A stretch of DNA of 64,000 nucleotides, from NCBI GenBank assembly GCA_965205425.1, contig CBDBGZ010000009.1, positions 96,001 through 160,000 on the forward strand, in the 5' to 3' direction. The position numbers and the translations under genes are program-made. Below, one piece after another: positions 29,701 to 40,012 of this stretch; positions within the stretch are counted from its first letter, which is position 1; the number at the start of each line of letters is the position of its first letter. The stretch comes from Nitrosopumilus sp. Lineage in GTDB: Archaea > Thermoproteota > Nitrososphaeria > Nitrososphaerales > Nitrosopumilaceae. Below the pieces are notes generated by a model. It was not told the origin of the DNA. It saw only the letters and a program-made list of their open reading frames with translations, and searched no databases.

Positions 29701-30827
29701 TGTGGAACTCCTGCAGTATTACCTACACCAATAACGATAACTGATTGACCAGGTTTAGTATTCTCACGAATCATATCACATACTTGAGAAGTAACATCTT
29801 CTGCAGTATCAGCAATTTCTTTAGTCATCAAAGTAATTGCTTCTTTAACAGATTGTTTTATCACAATTGAGAATATTGGAACATTGGTACTAGTGGCAAT
29901 TGCTTCAATTTGGAATCTTTCAGTACCTATTCCTCCAATAGCTGCACCAAATCCTTGTGCAATTGATGCAGAGTCTTCACCTTCCATTTTTAATGCAGCA
30001 TCAATCATAATTATTGCATCAAGTTTATTTTCAGAAACAATTTTTTCTAATCCGTCAGAAGGTCTTCCAACTGTAGAACCAGGGCCTTCAGCTTTTAAAA
30101 GAAACAATTTCCTATCTTCAAAATCAATTTTTGCAAGAGAAGTTTGGAATGTAATTGTTTCTTTTGGAGTATCAAGCATCATTTTTCCAACAACCATTGG
30201 GCCTATTCCATCACCCACAGGTTGACCAGTTTTAAACGCAAGAATTGCATCTTTCATAGCCTCTGCTTGTTCCATAACAAAAGGAAGAATCATCTGTAAG
30301 GGTAAAATCAAAGGATAGTTGTTTTGTTTTTTAGCAGTCAGGAACATGTGATTAATTATTTTGTATATCATTTGTAATGAAGATGCTATTTCAAGTAAAG
30401 TTTGAACTTTAGTTAATTCAATATCAGACATTTCAGGTGCAAGTAATTTTACATGTTCTCGAGTGTAATCTTCTCTTGATCTAACGATATGCTGAACTTT
30501 ATCAACAATTCCATTTGTATCCATATCAACGGGCATTATTGTAAAATATTCCAAAAATCTATCAATTTTCTTAACAGGATCATCTTTTGCTTTTAAATTA
30601 TTTTTTACAAAATTAATTAATTCAGTTCTAGACTCTACTCTAAAACTATCTAATTTTTTAATTCCTTTTTTTATTTCTCGGGATGTTACAAACAGTTGAA
30701 TTTGTTGCCCATAAAATACAAAAAGAATTATCGGAAGAATCCAAACAAGCATCATCAATGGATTGGAGTCATCGCTCATGGAGAACAGTTGATCAAGATC
30801 AAAATTTGTGAAATTCACTAGAATCAA
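29697..30827 (-). CDS. DUF1512-family protein
   Basis: P.GDGIGP, KAEGPGS.VGRP, IDAALKMEGE, GVGNT motifs. Confidence 0.85.
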   Translation of the reverse strand: MILVNFTNFDLDQLFSMSDDSNPLMMLVWILPIILFVFYGQQIQLFVTSREIKKGIKKLDSFRVESRTELINFVKNNLKAKDDPVKKIDRFLEYFTIMPVDMDTNGIVDKVQHIVRSREDYTREHVKLLAPEMSDIELTKVQTLLEIASSLQMIYKIINHMFLTAKKQNNYPLILPLQMILPFVMEQAEAMKDAILAFKTGQPVGDGIGPMVVGKMMLDTPKETITFQTSLAKIDFEDRKLFLLKAEGPGSTVGRPSDGLEKIVSENKLDAIIMIDAALKMEGEDSASIAQGFGAAIGGIGTERFQIEAIATSTNVPIFSIVIKQSVKEAITLMTKEIADTAEDVTSQVCDMIRENTKPGQSVIVIGVGNTAGVPQ

Positions 30828-30961
30828 GAATCTTCAGAACCAAAATAAAGTATTCGTCTAGATTAAAGAGCGAAATACATCTCAACATGGAAAAAATGTG
30901 TATTTGAGAGTAAATAATGGCGAGTGCTTTTATTATAGTTCAAATACAAAAAAAGCCAAAT

Positions 30962-31522
30962 ATGCCACAAACAAAACCTATCGTAAGTGTAGAGAATGTT
31001 GTAGCTTCAGCAGATGTAATGCAGAAGATGGACTTGAATGAAATAACTAGAACATTTCCAGATGTTGAATACCATCCAGATCAATTTCCAGGACTAGTTT
31101 TCAGACTTAAAACTCCAAAGACTGCAACGTTGATTTTTACTTCAGGTAAAATGGTATGTACTGGTTCAAAATCTGAAGAAATGGCCAGAAAAGCAGTGAA
31201 AACAGTGGTACAAAAACTTCGAAAAGATGGAATTAAAGTTAAGAAAGATGCAGTTGTAACAATTCAAAATATTGTTGCATCCATCAATTTAGGTGGAAAA
31301 ATCCATTTGGAGCAGGCTGCAAGAACATTACCAAGAAGCATGTACGAACCTGAGCAATTTCCAGGACTTATTCACAGAATGTTAGATCCAAAGACAGTGA
31401 TTTTGTTATTCTCATCAGGAAAACTAGTCTGCACAGGTGCTAAACAAGAACCAGATGTATACCGTTCTGTAAACAACTTACATGCATTACTAGAAGAAAA
31501 AGAATTAATGATTTATGATTAA
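30962..31522 (+). CDS. tbp: TATA-box-binding protein
   Basis: Two repeats NVVAS...Y.P.QFPGL...IF.SGK.VCTG. Confidence 0.97.
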   Translation: MPQTKPIVSVENVVASADVMQKMDLNEITRTFPDVEYHPDQFPGLVFRLKTPKTATLIFTSGKMVCTGSKSEEMARKAVKTVVQKLRKDGIKVKKDAVVTIQNIVASINLGGKIHLEQAARTLPRSMYEPEQFPGLIHRMLDPKTVILLFSSGKLVCTGAKQEPDVYRSVNNLHALLEEKELMIYD

Positions 31523-31567
31523 TCTCATAAGTCAAAAACCTATTTTCATTAATTTCTAAAATACAAA

Positions 31568-31897
31568 TTATTTAATTGGACTTCCTAAAGGAACATCTTC
31601 TGTCACTGTCAACCAAAATGGTTTGTCATCAACATCAGCTGCTAACAACATTGCATTTGATTCAACTCCTGCCATTTTTTTAGGTTCAAGATTTGCAATA
31701 ACAATGACAGTTTTTCCCACAATCTCATCAGGTTGAAAATACTGAGCCCCACCAATTATTACATCACGTTGATCATCATTTCCTAAATCAATTTTGCCTT
31801 TGATAATTCTAGATTTTCCTTCAATGGGTTCAGTACCAATGATTTTTGCAACTCTAATGTCTAATTTTGCAAAATCATCATAGGTTATTGTAGACAT
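31568..31897 (-). CDS. Trbp111/CsaA-like tRNA-binding OB-fold protein
   Basis: DDFAKLDIRVAKI, NLEPKKMAGVES.AMLLA. Confidence 0.92.
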   Translation of the reverse strand: MSTITYDDFAKLDIRVAKIIGTEPIEGKSRIIKGKIDLGNDDQRDVIIGGAQYFQPDEIVGKTVIVIANLEPKKMAGVESNAMLLAADVDDKPFWLTVTEDVPLGSPIK

Positions 31898-31937
31898 AAT
31901 TGACCTTAATTATTCCCGTTAAAATGAATTTCGAATG

Positions 31938-32153
31938 TCATTGTAATTCTTTTTTATCAATACCACTAATTTCAATTTCATATCTAAGTGCTGCAGGAAG
32001 TTCCATGTATTTTTTATTCACAAGTGCAATAATTTGATCTTCAGGGACATTAACTTTTTTTAATAATTTCCCACGTTGATGAGCATAAGCATTTTTCCAA
32101 AATCCAGCACCATCTAAAGTTTCAATTTTTGGCATGTATTTAGTGGGTTTCAT
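31938..32153 (-). CDS. Small hypothetical protein
   Basis: 71-aa ATG ORF; alternative start at 32135. Confidence 0.65.
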   Translation of the reverse strand: MKPTKYMPKIETLDGAGFWKNAYAHQRGKLLKKVNVPEDQIIALVNKKYMELPAALRYEIEISGIDKKELQ

Positions 32154-32172
32154 TTTATTTCAAATATTAAGT

Positions 32173-32251
32173 GACTGTGACGGAAGAATGGCAAACGCCA
32201 TTGGAACTGGAGTTAATGTTCCGGATTTTAGGCATGTTACCCATCACAGTC
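32173..32251 (-). ncRNA. Candidate 79-nt structured RNA
   Basis: 11-bp closing stem plus two internal hairpins; TATA-like AAATATATT about 26 nt upstream on the minus strand. Confidence 0.5.
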
Positions 32252-32308
32252 TATTTCAAATGCAGTAGGAATCTAATATATTTGATGTAGAGGCAATGAT
32301 TGTAAGAC

Positions 32309-32725
32309 ATGGCTACAATCGAAGTTGAGGTTGAAATTAATGCATCAATTGACAAAGTATGGGAAGTCGTCTCAGACATTGACAATGAACCAAAATTTTG
32401 GAAGGGAACAAAAGAAGTTAGGAATATTTCCAAAGAAGGTAATACAATCAATAGAGAAGTAACAATAGCATTCAGAGATCAAAAATGCTTACAAGAAGTA
32501 AAAATTCATCCAAAGGAAAAAATCAAAGCCAAATTTACAAAAGGCATTATTGATGGAGAGAAAATAATATCACTTACTTCAAAAAATGAAAAGACAATAC
32601 TTTCAGCATATTGGGACATCAAATTAACTGGCATGATGAGCATGTTTACAGGTATGATTAAAAAACATATCAAAAGTGGAACAGAGCAAGCGATGCAAAG
32701 CATCAAAGAAGAAATTGAGAGATAA
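32309..32725 (+). CDS. SRPBCC/polyketide-cyclase-like (START fold) protein
   Basis: VEINASIDKVWEVVSD...PKFW. Confidence 0.85.
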   Translation: MATIEVEVEINASIDKVWEVVSDIDNEPKFWKGTKEVRNISKEGNTINREVTIAFRDQKCLQEVKIHPKEKIKAKFTKGIIDGEKIISLTSKNEKTILSAYWDIKLTGMMSMFTGMIKKHIKSGTEQAMQSIKEEIER

Positions 32726-32730
32726 GTTTC

Positions 32731-33939
32731 ATGGAAATAATTACAGATATTTTCAATTATGTAATAGTTGCAATTTTAATTGGGATTTGCGGAGCATGGG
32801 TTTTTCTCATCAAATCAATGGCAGATTCGTTTAGATTAACACCACATCTAGATCAATTTGAAAATACATCGAAAACTAATCCTAAAGTATCAATTATTTT
32901 ACCAGCTAGAAATGAAGAAGAATACATAGGAAAATGTCTAGATTCTCTAACCAAACAAAATTATGAAAATTATGAGATTATAGTAATAGATGATTCTTCA
33001 GAAGACTCTACTGGAAAAATAATTTCAGATTATTCAAAAAAACATCCAAACATCATACCAGTTTCTGCAAGACCCAAACCAGAAGGATGGATGGGGAAAA
33101 ATTGGGCATGTATGGAAGGATATCAAAAAGCATCAGGAGAATTATTACTTTTTACAGATGCAGATACAAAACATGCAGCGAATGTCATATCACTTGCAGT
33201 TTCACATTTGAATTCCTTTAATCTAGACGCATTATCATCCATTCCAAAAATGCTTACATTTGATTTTTGGACAAACATTACACTTCCCATGATTTCTACA
33301 TTTTTACACACAAGATTTTCAGCTTTGAATGTAAACAACCCGTCTAAAAAAACAGGATATTTTTTTGGCAGTTTTTTCATATTGAAAAAAAAGACATATC
33401 AAGAAATTGGAATGCATGAAGGAGTAAAACATGAAATAATTGAAGATGGAGCACTGGGTAAAAAAGTAAAAGAAGCAGGATACAAAATGAAAATGGTCAG
33501 AGGCGAACATCTGATCGAAGCAGTTTGGGCTCGAGACAAGGGTACATTATGGAATGCTCTAAAAAGATTGATGGTGCCATTGTATCTTCAAAGTGGAAAG
33601 ATTGCAATAGGGATATTTTTTGCCATAGTTTTTTTGTTGTTTGTACCATTTCCAATATTTGCAATATCATCGGCTTTACCAATAGAAACAACATCTGGAA
33701 AAATACTTTGTATTACATCAGCAATTGCATCAATTCTGATTTACATTGGTGCAGTTATTGAAGTAAAAGTAGGGTTGAAGTTAAAGTTAGTTTATGCCAT
33801 ATTTGCTCCACTTGGAAGCTTGGTAGTAATTTTAGGATTTTTGAGCGGATTATTACAAGCAAAAAGAGCATCATCAGTTACTTGGAGAGGAAGAAGTTAT
33901 TCGATGAAAGATCATTCTCAAAGTTCAATCAGTGTATAG
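32731..33939 (+). CDS. Glycosyltransferase family 2, membrane-bound
   Basis: VSIILPARNEE, DDSSED, GWMGK, FTDAD, EDGALG. Confidence 0.92.
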   Translation: MEIITDIFNYVIVAILIGICGAWVFLIKSMADSFRLTPHLDQFENTSKTNPKVSIILPARNEEEYIGKCLDSLTKQNYENYEIIVIDDSSEDSTGKIISDYSKKHPNIIPVSARPKPEGWMGKNWACMEGYQKASGELLLFTDADTKHAANVISLAVSHLNSFNLDALSSIPKMLTFDFWTNITLPMISTFLHTRFSALNVNNPSKKTGYFFGSFFILKKKTYQEIGMHEGVKHEIIEDGALGKKVKEAGYKMKMVRGEHLIEAVWARDKGTLWNALKRLMVPLYLQSGKIAIGIFFAIVFLLFVPFPIFAISSALPIETTSGKILCITSAIASILIYIGAVIEVKVGLKLKLVYAIFAPLGSLVVILGFLSGLLQAKRASSVTWRGRSYSMKDHSQSSISV

Positions 33940-33976
33940 CAAGCCTTTTAGATAGAAAATAAAAAATAAAAAATCT

Positions 33977-35110
33977 ATGGACAAATCAGGAATGATTGTA
34001 GGAGGAACTATAGGTGCTGCAATGGCATTAGTCATTGTTGCAGTACTGTTTATTTCACCACCAGAATCACTAAAACCAGAAACCAGTGAACCAATTCCAA
34101 TTGAAAAAATTATTCCGCCAGTTACAGATAGTTTGTCACTAATTGAAATTTTTGATAAATCAGAGCCAGGAGTGGTCAGAGTTAATGTTCAAAGAGAGAA
34201 ATCAGAAGATGTCAGAGGAGGAGTAGGATCCGGTTTTGTGTTTGATAAAAAAGGACACATCATAACAAATGCACACGTAGTAAAAGACGCAAACAAAGTC
34301 ACAGTAACATTTCTTGATGGCAGATCATATAATGCAGAAATTATTGGAACAGATGAATATACGGACATTGCAGTAATCAAAGTTAATGCAGATTTGGCAT
34401 TGTTGAATCCTCTATCAATTGGAGATTCTTCAAATCTTAAAGTAGGTGAGGGGATTGCAGCAATTGGAAATCCATTTGGGTTATCAGGATCTATGACATC
34501 AGGAATAATAAGTCAATTAGGAAGACTTCTTCCTTCAGGTACAGACCCAGCATATAATATCCCAGATGTAATTCAAACAGATGCGGCAATCAATCCAGGA
34601 AATTCTGGAGGGCCTCTACTCAACATGCGTGGAGAAATAGTTGGCATCAATACAGCTATACAATCAACCACAGGAAGCAATACAGGAGTAGGATTTGCAA
34701 TACCATCACAAACAGTAGCAAAAATTGTTCCAACATTAATTGAAAATGGAGAATACAAACACCCATGGATTGGAATTTCAGGTAGAGATATTGATCCAGA
34801 CATGGCAAAAGTTCTGAACTTGAAAGATGCCGTAGGATTTTTAGTGATTACAGTAGTTGAAGATAGTCCTGCATTTAACACAGGGTTGATTGGTTCTAAT
34901 AAAACCATCAACGTTGAGGGGGTTAACTATCCAATTGGAGGAGACGTAATTTTAGTAGTAGATGATATAGAAGTTAGAAAAATTGATGATATTCTGATTC
35001 ACCTACAAAGAGCAAAATCAGTAGGAGATGAAATGATCTTAGAAATACTAAGGGATGGAAGAACTACAAGTGTCACAATTGTACTTGAAGAAAGACCAAT
35101 TGGAAATTAA
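33977..35110 (+). CDS. HtrA/DegP-like serine protease with PDZ domain
   Basis: GSGF, TNAHVV, DIAV, QTDAAINPGNSGG, PDZ tail. Confidence 0.95.
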   Translation: MDKSGMIVGGTIGAAMALVIVAVLFISPPESLKPETSEPIPIEKIIPPVTDSLSLIEIFDKSEPGVVRVNVQREKSEDVRGGVGSGFVFDKKGHIITNAHVVKDANKVTVTFLDGRSYNAEIIGTDEYTDIAVIKVNADLALLNPLSIGDSSNLKVGEGIAAIGNPFGLSGSMTSGIISQLGRLLPSGTDPAYNIPDVIQTDAAINPGNSGGPLLNMRGEIVGINTAIQSTTGSNTGVGFAIPSQTVAKIVPTLIENGEYKHPWIGISGRDIDPDMAKVLNLKDAVGFLVITVVEDSPAFNTGLIGSNKTINVEGVNYPIGGDVILVVDDIEVRKIDDILIHLQRAKSVGDEMILEILRDGRTTSVTIVLEERPIGN

Positions 35111-35114
35111 TTCA

Positions 35115-36156
35115 TGTTCTTTCCAAAAATTATTTCGTGTCACTTTCATGAGTAATTCCTCCATAGAATACTTGGGTCTATGAGTATTTCGTTTGTTATC
35201 ATCTTGGAGTGATACGCATCAGATGGTGTCTCCATATTATCCAAGTCTAGTGCGCCATGAACTCTAATGTGATTGTACCAATGCATAAACTGCTCCACTG
35301 ACTCAAAGTATTCTATTTTACACTCAAAGATATCCCAGAACTTTTCTAGCTTACCATTTGTTTGTGGATGTCTCACTCTTGTACGAGAGTGCTTTACGTG
35401 ATGTCTCATTAGTTGCTGCTCAAAGTCTACTGGCTTGTTATGATCAAGAGTATTGACATTTGATGTGAACTGTTTTCCATTATCAGATAGTACGGATGCT
35501 GGTCTACCGTGATTCTTTATTGCATCAGATAGTACTGCAGAAGAATTCACAGATGTTGCCTCATCATACACTCCGAAACCCGTGATAAATCGTGAGGCAT
35601 CATCTTCAAATGCAATTAGTTGTTTTCCTGCCCAGCGTGAATCATGTATTGTGTGCCAGTCAGTATGCCACAGTGAATTTGAATATTCACGTTCATACCT
35701 GATCCACTTTCTTCTCATCTTTTTCCGTGGTTGCTCAACTGATAATCCTTCATCTAGCATAATCTTGTGGATGCGATTGTGGTTTATCTTGGTATTGTAC
35801 AATTTTGATATGATTTTCTCAAGGTATAGTGCGTTTGTATGAAATTTTTCTTGAACTTGTTTGACTAGCTCTATCTCGTGTACAGTGACTGGCTTTTTTG
35901 GACGCCCTGGCCTTTTGAGTGTGGGAATCTTTTTGGTTTTTTTGTACTGAGAGTAGACTTGTTGTACTCTTCTAGGCGTTATCTTGAGGATTACTGAAAT
36001 ATCTAAATTCTTGACTTTTTCATTTTTAGATTGTATAATCCACCTGATCTTATTCTCATCTAACTTTACCATAGGCATGCCACGATACCCACGCATACGA
36101 TAGTATGGGAATGATGCTCTCCTAGTTAAGGGGTGAAATAATTTCCGGAAAAGATA
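35115..36156 (-). mobile_element. IS481-family insertion sequence, copy 1 (intact)
   Basis: Imperfect IRs TGTTCTTTCCAAAAATTATTTC / GAAATAATTTCCGGAAAAGATA; TSD TTGGAAATTAATTCA at 35100-35114 and 36157-36171. Confidence 0.93.
35146..36072 (-). CDS. IS481-family DDE transposase
   Basis: N-terminal HTH, WHTD, DDASR, SDNG, PQTNGKLE; start at MVKLD. Confidence 0.93.
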   Translation of the reverse strand: MVKLDENKIRWIIQSKNEKVKNLDISVILKITPRRVQQVYSQYKKTKKIPTLKRPGRPKKPVTVHEIELVKQVQEKFHTNALYLEKIISKLYNTKINHNRIHKIMLDEGLSVEQPRKKMRRKWIRYEREYSNSLWHTDWHTIHDSRWAGKQLIAFEDDASRFITGFGVYDEATSVNSSAVLSDAIKNHGRPASVLSDNGKQFTSNVNTLDHNKPVDFEQQLMRHHVKHSRTRVRHPQTNGKLEKFWDIFECKIEYFESVEQFMHWYNHIRVHGALDLDNMETPSDAYHSKMITNEILIDPSILWRNYS

Positions 36157-36209
36157 TTGGAAATTAATTCAATACAAGCATAAATACTTCTTAGCAAGAA
36201 ATTCTTCTG

Positions 36210-37379
36210 TTGAACAATCTTGTCTTTGACTCTGAGAGTTTAAACAATGTTTTAGAGAATAAGCAGATATCTCATCAAGAAGCATTAGAAGTTTATCAAA
36301 AGGCAACTGAGAATCCAAATGAATTATTTTCAGTAGCACAGAATTTGAGAAAGAAATTCAAAAAAGAGACAGTAACATTCTCGAAAAAGGCATTTTTCAA
36401 TATTGTAAATCTCTGTAAAGATACATGTTCCTATTGTACTTACAAATCAGAACCAGGCGAAGCAAAGCTTTCTTTAATGTCAAAACAACAAATTTTAGAA
36501 TTATTAACACTTGCAAAAAAGTATAGATGTGTAGAAACACTTTTTGTGACAGGTGAACAACCAGAACAAAGATATCAGGAGGCTAGAGATTGGTTGAAAA
36601 TAAATGGATTCAAATCTACTGCAGAATATCTAATTCATTCTTCAGAACTCGCTTTAGAAACAGGGTTATTTCCACATACAAACGCAGGTAATCTAAATTA
36701 CCAAGAGATGAAAGAGTTGAAAAAAACAAATGTTTCGATGGGCATTATGCTTGAAAATGTTAGTGAAAGGTTAACAGAAAAAGGAATGCCACATTATTTG
36801 GCTGCAAGTAAAAGACCAAAAGCAAGATTAGAGATTTTGGAGAATTCTGGAAAACTAGGCATTCCAATGACTACAGGAATTCTTGTAGGGATTGGAGAAA
36901 CAATGAATGAAATAATTGATTCATTATTTGCAATCAAAAAACTAAATGATAAACATGGAAACATACAAGAAATCATTTTACAAAACTTTCAACCCAAACC
37001 AGATACCAAAATGGAAGATGAACCATCAGCTGATGAGAAATATTTCAAATTGGTTGTTGCACTATCAAGAATCATTATGCCACAGATGAACATACAGATT
37101 CCACCAAACCTATCTCCAAAATCATATCAAAGTTTCTTATCAGTTGGAATAAATGATTGGGGAGGAATATCTCCACTTACACCAGATTTTGTTAATCCAG
37201 AATTTGTTTGGCCTGAAATTGACAAAGTTGAGGATAATTCAAAAAAAGCAGGTTATGATTTAAAATGTAGATTCCCAATATACCCAGAATATTTTTCTTT
37301 TATTAGCAAAGAGTTAAGAGATAAGATATCAATCATTGAAAATGAGGAAGGATTCGTAAAAGAGGAATATTGGAGATGA
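36210..37379 (+). CDS. cofG: FO synthase subunit 1 (radical SAM)
   Basis: TFSK, CKDTCSYC, PHTNAG, QIPPNL, DWGGISP. Confidence 0.93.
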   Translation: MNNLVFDSESLNNVLENKQISHQEALEVYQKATENPNELFSVAQNLRKKFKKETVTFSKKAFFNIVNLCKDTCSYCTYKSEPGEAKLSLMSKQQILELLTLAKKYRCVETLFVTGEQPEQRYQEARDWLKINGFKSTAEYLIHSSELALETGLFPHTNAGNLNYQEMKELKKTNVSMGIMLENVSERLTEKGMPHYLAASKRPKARLEILENSGKLGIPMTTGILVGIGETMNEIIDSLFAIKKLNDKHGNIQEIILQNFQPKPDTKMEDEPSADEKYFKLVVALSRIIMPQMNIQIPPNLSPKSYQSFLSVGINDWGGISPLTPDFVNPEFVWPEIDKVEDNSKKAGYDLKCRFPIYPEYFSFISKELRDKISIIENEEGFVKEEYWR

Positions 37380-38632
37380 CAATCAACATAGATTCACTTT
37401 TCAAAAATGCCGATCCGGTAGTTGCAGATATTCTACACAACGCATTATCTGAAAAAGAGGTATCAGTCAAAGAAGGATTAGAATTATTCAATGTCAAAGG
37501 AATAGATTTTCATCTAGTAGGTCTAGTTGCAGATGAATTAAGGAGGAGAAGAGTAGGAGATGTAGTATCATATGTTGTTAACAGAAATATCAATTTTACA
37601 AATGTCTGTATCAAACAATGTGGTTTTTGTGCATTTAGCAGAGATTTCAGAGAAGAAGAAGGATACTTTTTACCTAATGAAGAGATAGTGCGTAGAGCAA
37701 AAGAAGCATACCAATTAGGTGCAACTGAAGTATGCATTCAAGCAGGGCTTCCACCAGACATGAAAGGAGATTTGTATGAAAATATTTGCAGATATATCAA
37801 AAAAGAAATTCCAGATATTCACATTCATGGATTTTCTCCTGAAGAGATCCTATATGGTGCAACCCGTTCAAACGTTTCAATTAAAGAATTTTTGAAAAGG
37901 ATGAAAGAAGCTGGAGTGAACACACTTCCAGGAACTTCAGCTGAAATTCTAGATCAAAAACTTAGAGACAAAATTTCACCTGGTAGAATAACCGTAGAAG
38001 ATTGGGAGACAGTCATCAAAAGTGCTCACAAGATGGGGATCAATACCACCTCAACTATGATGTTTGGTCATTTAGAAACACTAGAGGACAGAGTAAAACA
38101 TATTGCAAAATTAAGAGATATTCAAAAAGAGACGGGAGGATTTACAGAATTCGTACCACTAAATTTCATCCACACAGAAGCACCAATGTACAAACATGAA
38201 TTACATGAAGGTATAAGGCAAGGAGGAAGTGGAAATGATGTTTTGCTTACCCATGCCGTTTCACGAATAATGTTGAATAATTCTATTGATAATTTACAAA
38301 TGTCATGGGTTAAAGAAGGACAAAAAATGTCTCAACTATTGTTAATGTGGGGAGCAAATGACTTTGGAGGTACTCTAATCAATGAAAGCATCTCTACATC
38401 TGCAGGTTCAGAATACGGTCAATTACTAAAACCTAAAGAAATTAGAAGAATGGTAAAAGAAATTGGAAGAGTGCCAGCTGAAAGAAATACACATTATAAA
38501 ATTCTAAAAAGATTTGACGGAGAAGAAGAAATAGATGACAAGTTAGATAACGTTACAGATTCTCAATTTGGATCATATGTAGAGTTGGTAAAAATAAACA
38601 AATTCAATTATAAAAATCCAAGGAAGCAATAA
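37370..38632 (+). CDS. cofH: FO synthase subunit 2 (radical SAM)
   Basis: YVVNRNINFTNVC...CGFC, PGTSAEIL, SWVKEG, NDFGGTL.NESI. Confidence 0.93.
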   Translation: MEMTINIDSLFKNADPVVADILHNALSEKEVSVKEGLELFNVKGIDFHLVGLVADELRRRRVGDVVSYVVNRNINFTNVCIKQCGFCAFSRDFREEEGYFLPNEEIVRRAKEAYQLGATEVCIQAGLPPDMKGDLYENICRYIKKEIPDIHIHGFSPEEILYGATRSNVSIKEFLKRMKEAGVNTLPGTSAEILDQKLRDKISPGRITVEDWETVIKSAHKMGINTTSTMMFGHLETLEDRVKHIAKLRDIQKETGGFTEFVPLNFIHTEAPMYKHELHEGIRQGGSGNDVLLTHAVSRIMLNNSIDNLQMSWVKEGQKMSQLLLMWGANDFGGTLINESISTSAGSEYGQLLKPKEIRRMVKEIGRVPAERNTHYKILKRFDGEEEIDDKLDNVTDSQFGSYVELVKINKFNYKNPRKQ

Positions 38633-38633
38633 T

Positions 38634-39992
38634 TTGTCAGCCTTAGAAAAGGCACTTAGTCATTCAAAAAAAATAGGAATAGATGAATGTGACGTTATCA
38701 GAGTAAAGAAAAAGATCACAACAGTCAGAATTACAGATTCAGAAATTGCAGAGATTAAACAAAATTTTGATGAGAGTTTTGGCATCAGGTTAATTCAGGA
38801 TAAAAAAATTTCATCTATGGAAACAACAAACGAAGATGAAATAGAGCAAACAATAGATAATGCATTTAAATCATCATCCAATCTTAAACCAAGGGAATTT
38901 TGGAGGGGGTTACCATACAAAGTAGAACATAAAACACTTGATGGAACATTTGATGAAAAACTAGATCAGATTTCAGGCTCTGGGAGTATGGATATCGCAC
39001 AAAGTATGATTAATTCAGCCAACAATGATAAAATTAATACGATTACAGGATCATTAAATGTTGTATCAGAGAACTTTGAATTAATGAATTCAAACGGATT
39101 AAATTTCAAAGATAAAGCCACATACATTTCAGGAATAATTAATGCAGAATCAGAACAAGGAATACTTCCAGTATCAGGAATAGGACATGCAAGTGGAAGA
39201 ACATTGGCAAACTTTTCTGCAGAACAAACAGGAATTGATGCTAAAACAATGTGTGTTGAATCAATAAATCCACAAAAAGTAGATTCAGATTCATATTCTA
39301 TAATTTTTGAGCCATATTCGGTAGGAGAGTTATTAGCATTTGTAGTAGCTGCTAATTTCAATTTTAAAGCATTTAAAGAAAAGAAAAGTTGTTTTTCAAA
39401 CAATTATGAAAAAGAAATTGCAGTGGAACAACTTAGTTTAATTGATGACCCACACATTCCAGAAGGAATTGGAACAAAATCAGTAGATGATGAAGGAGTT
39501 GAAACTAGAAAAAGAAGTTTAATAGAAAACGGGATTTTTAAAAATACATATTCAAATCTGTTTGACAGTTACAAAGAAGGTGAAGAATCAACAGGCAATG
39601 CATCACGGCCAAGTTCACCAATGGGAAGAAGTACAGAACCAATTCCAATGTCTGCCCCACACAATCTCAAAATTATGTCAGGCGAACAATCTCAAGAAGA
39701 AATGATCAAAGAGACTAAACATGGGATTTTAGTAGGAAGATTATGGTACACATATGCTGTAAATCCAATTAGAGGAGATTTTTCATGTACTGCAAGAAGT
39801 GGAATTAAAATTATTAAAAATGGGGAAATAGTGGGTCCAGGAAAATCAGTGAGAATAATTCACAATCTACCTACAATGATGAAAAATATTTCAGCCATTG
39901 GAGACAATCAAAAAAATGTTATTCAATGGGCATCACTGCCATCAATTACACCATCAATAAAGGCTGAGAATATCGCAGTGAATTCAATATAA
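38634..39992 (+). CDS. PmbA/TldE-family protein
   Basis: DDEG..T, STGNA, NP..GDFS; lacks HExxxH. Confidence 0.85.
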   Translation: MSALEKALSHSKKIGIDECDVIRVKKKITTVRITDSEIAEIKQNFDESFGIRLIQDKKISSMETTNEDEIEQTIDNAFKSSSNLKPREFWRGLPYKVEHKTLDGTFDEKLDQISGSGSMDIAQSMINSANNDKINTITGSLNVVSENFELMNSNGLNFKDKATYISGIINAESEQGILPVSGIGHASGRTLANFSAEQTGIDAKTMCVESINPQKVDSDSYSIIFEPYSVGELLAFVVAANFNFKAFKEKKSCFSNNYEKEIAVEQLSLIDDPHIPEGIGTKSVDDEGVETRKRSLIENGIFKNTYSNLFDSYKEGEESTGNASRPSSPMGRSTEPIPMSAPHNLKIMSGEQSQEEMIKETKHGILVGRLWYTYAVNPIRGDFSCTARSGIKIIKNGEIVGPGKSVRIIHNLPTMMKNISAIGDNQKNVIQWASLPSITPSIKAENIAVNSI

Positions 39993-40012
39993 AATGAAAA
40001 TTTAGGCACAAA

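Noticed and set aside
32173..32251. c-di-GMP-I riboswitch (GGCAAAC...GTTACC) or MITE
   Set aside because: No GACGCAAA or GAAA-tetraloop elements; no flanking TSD and no second copy in the window
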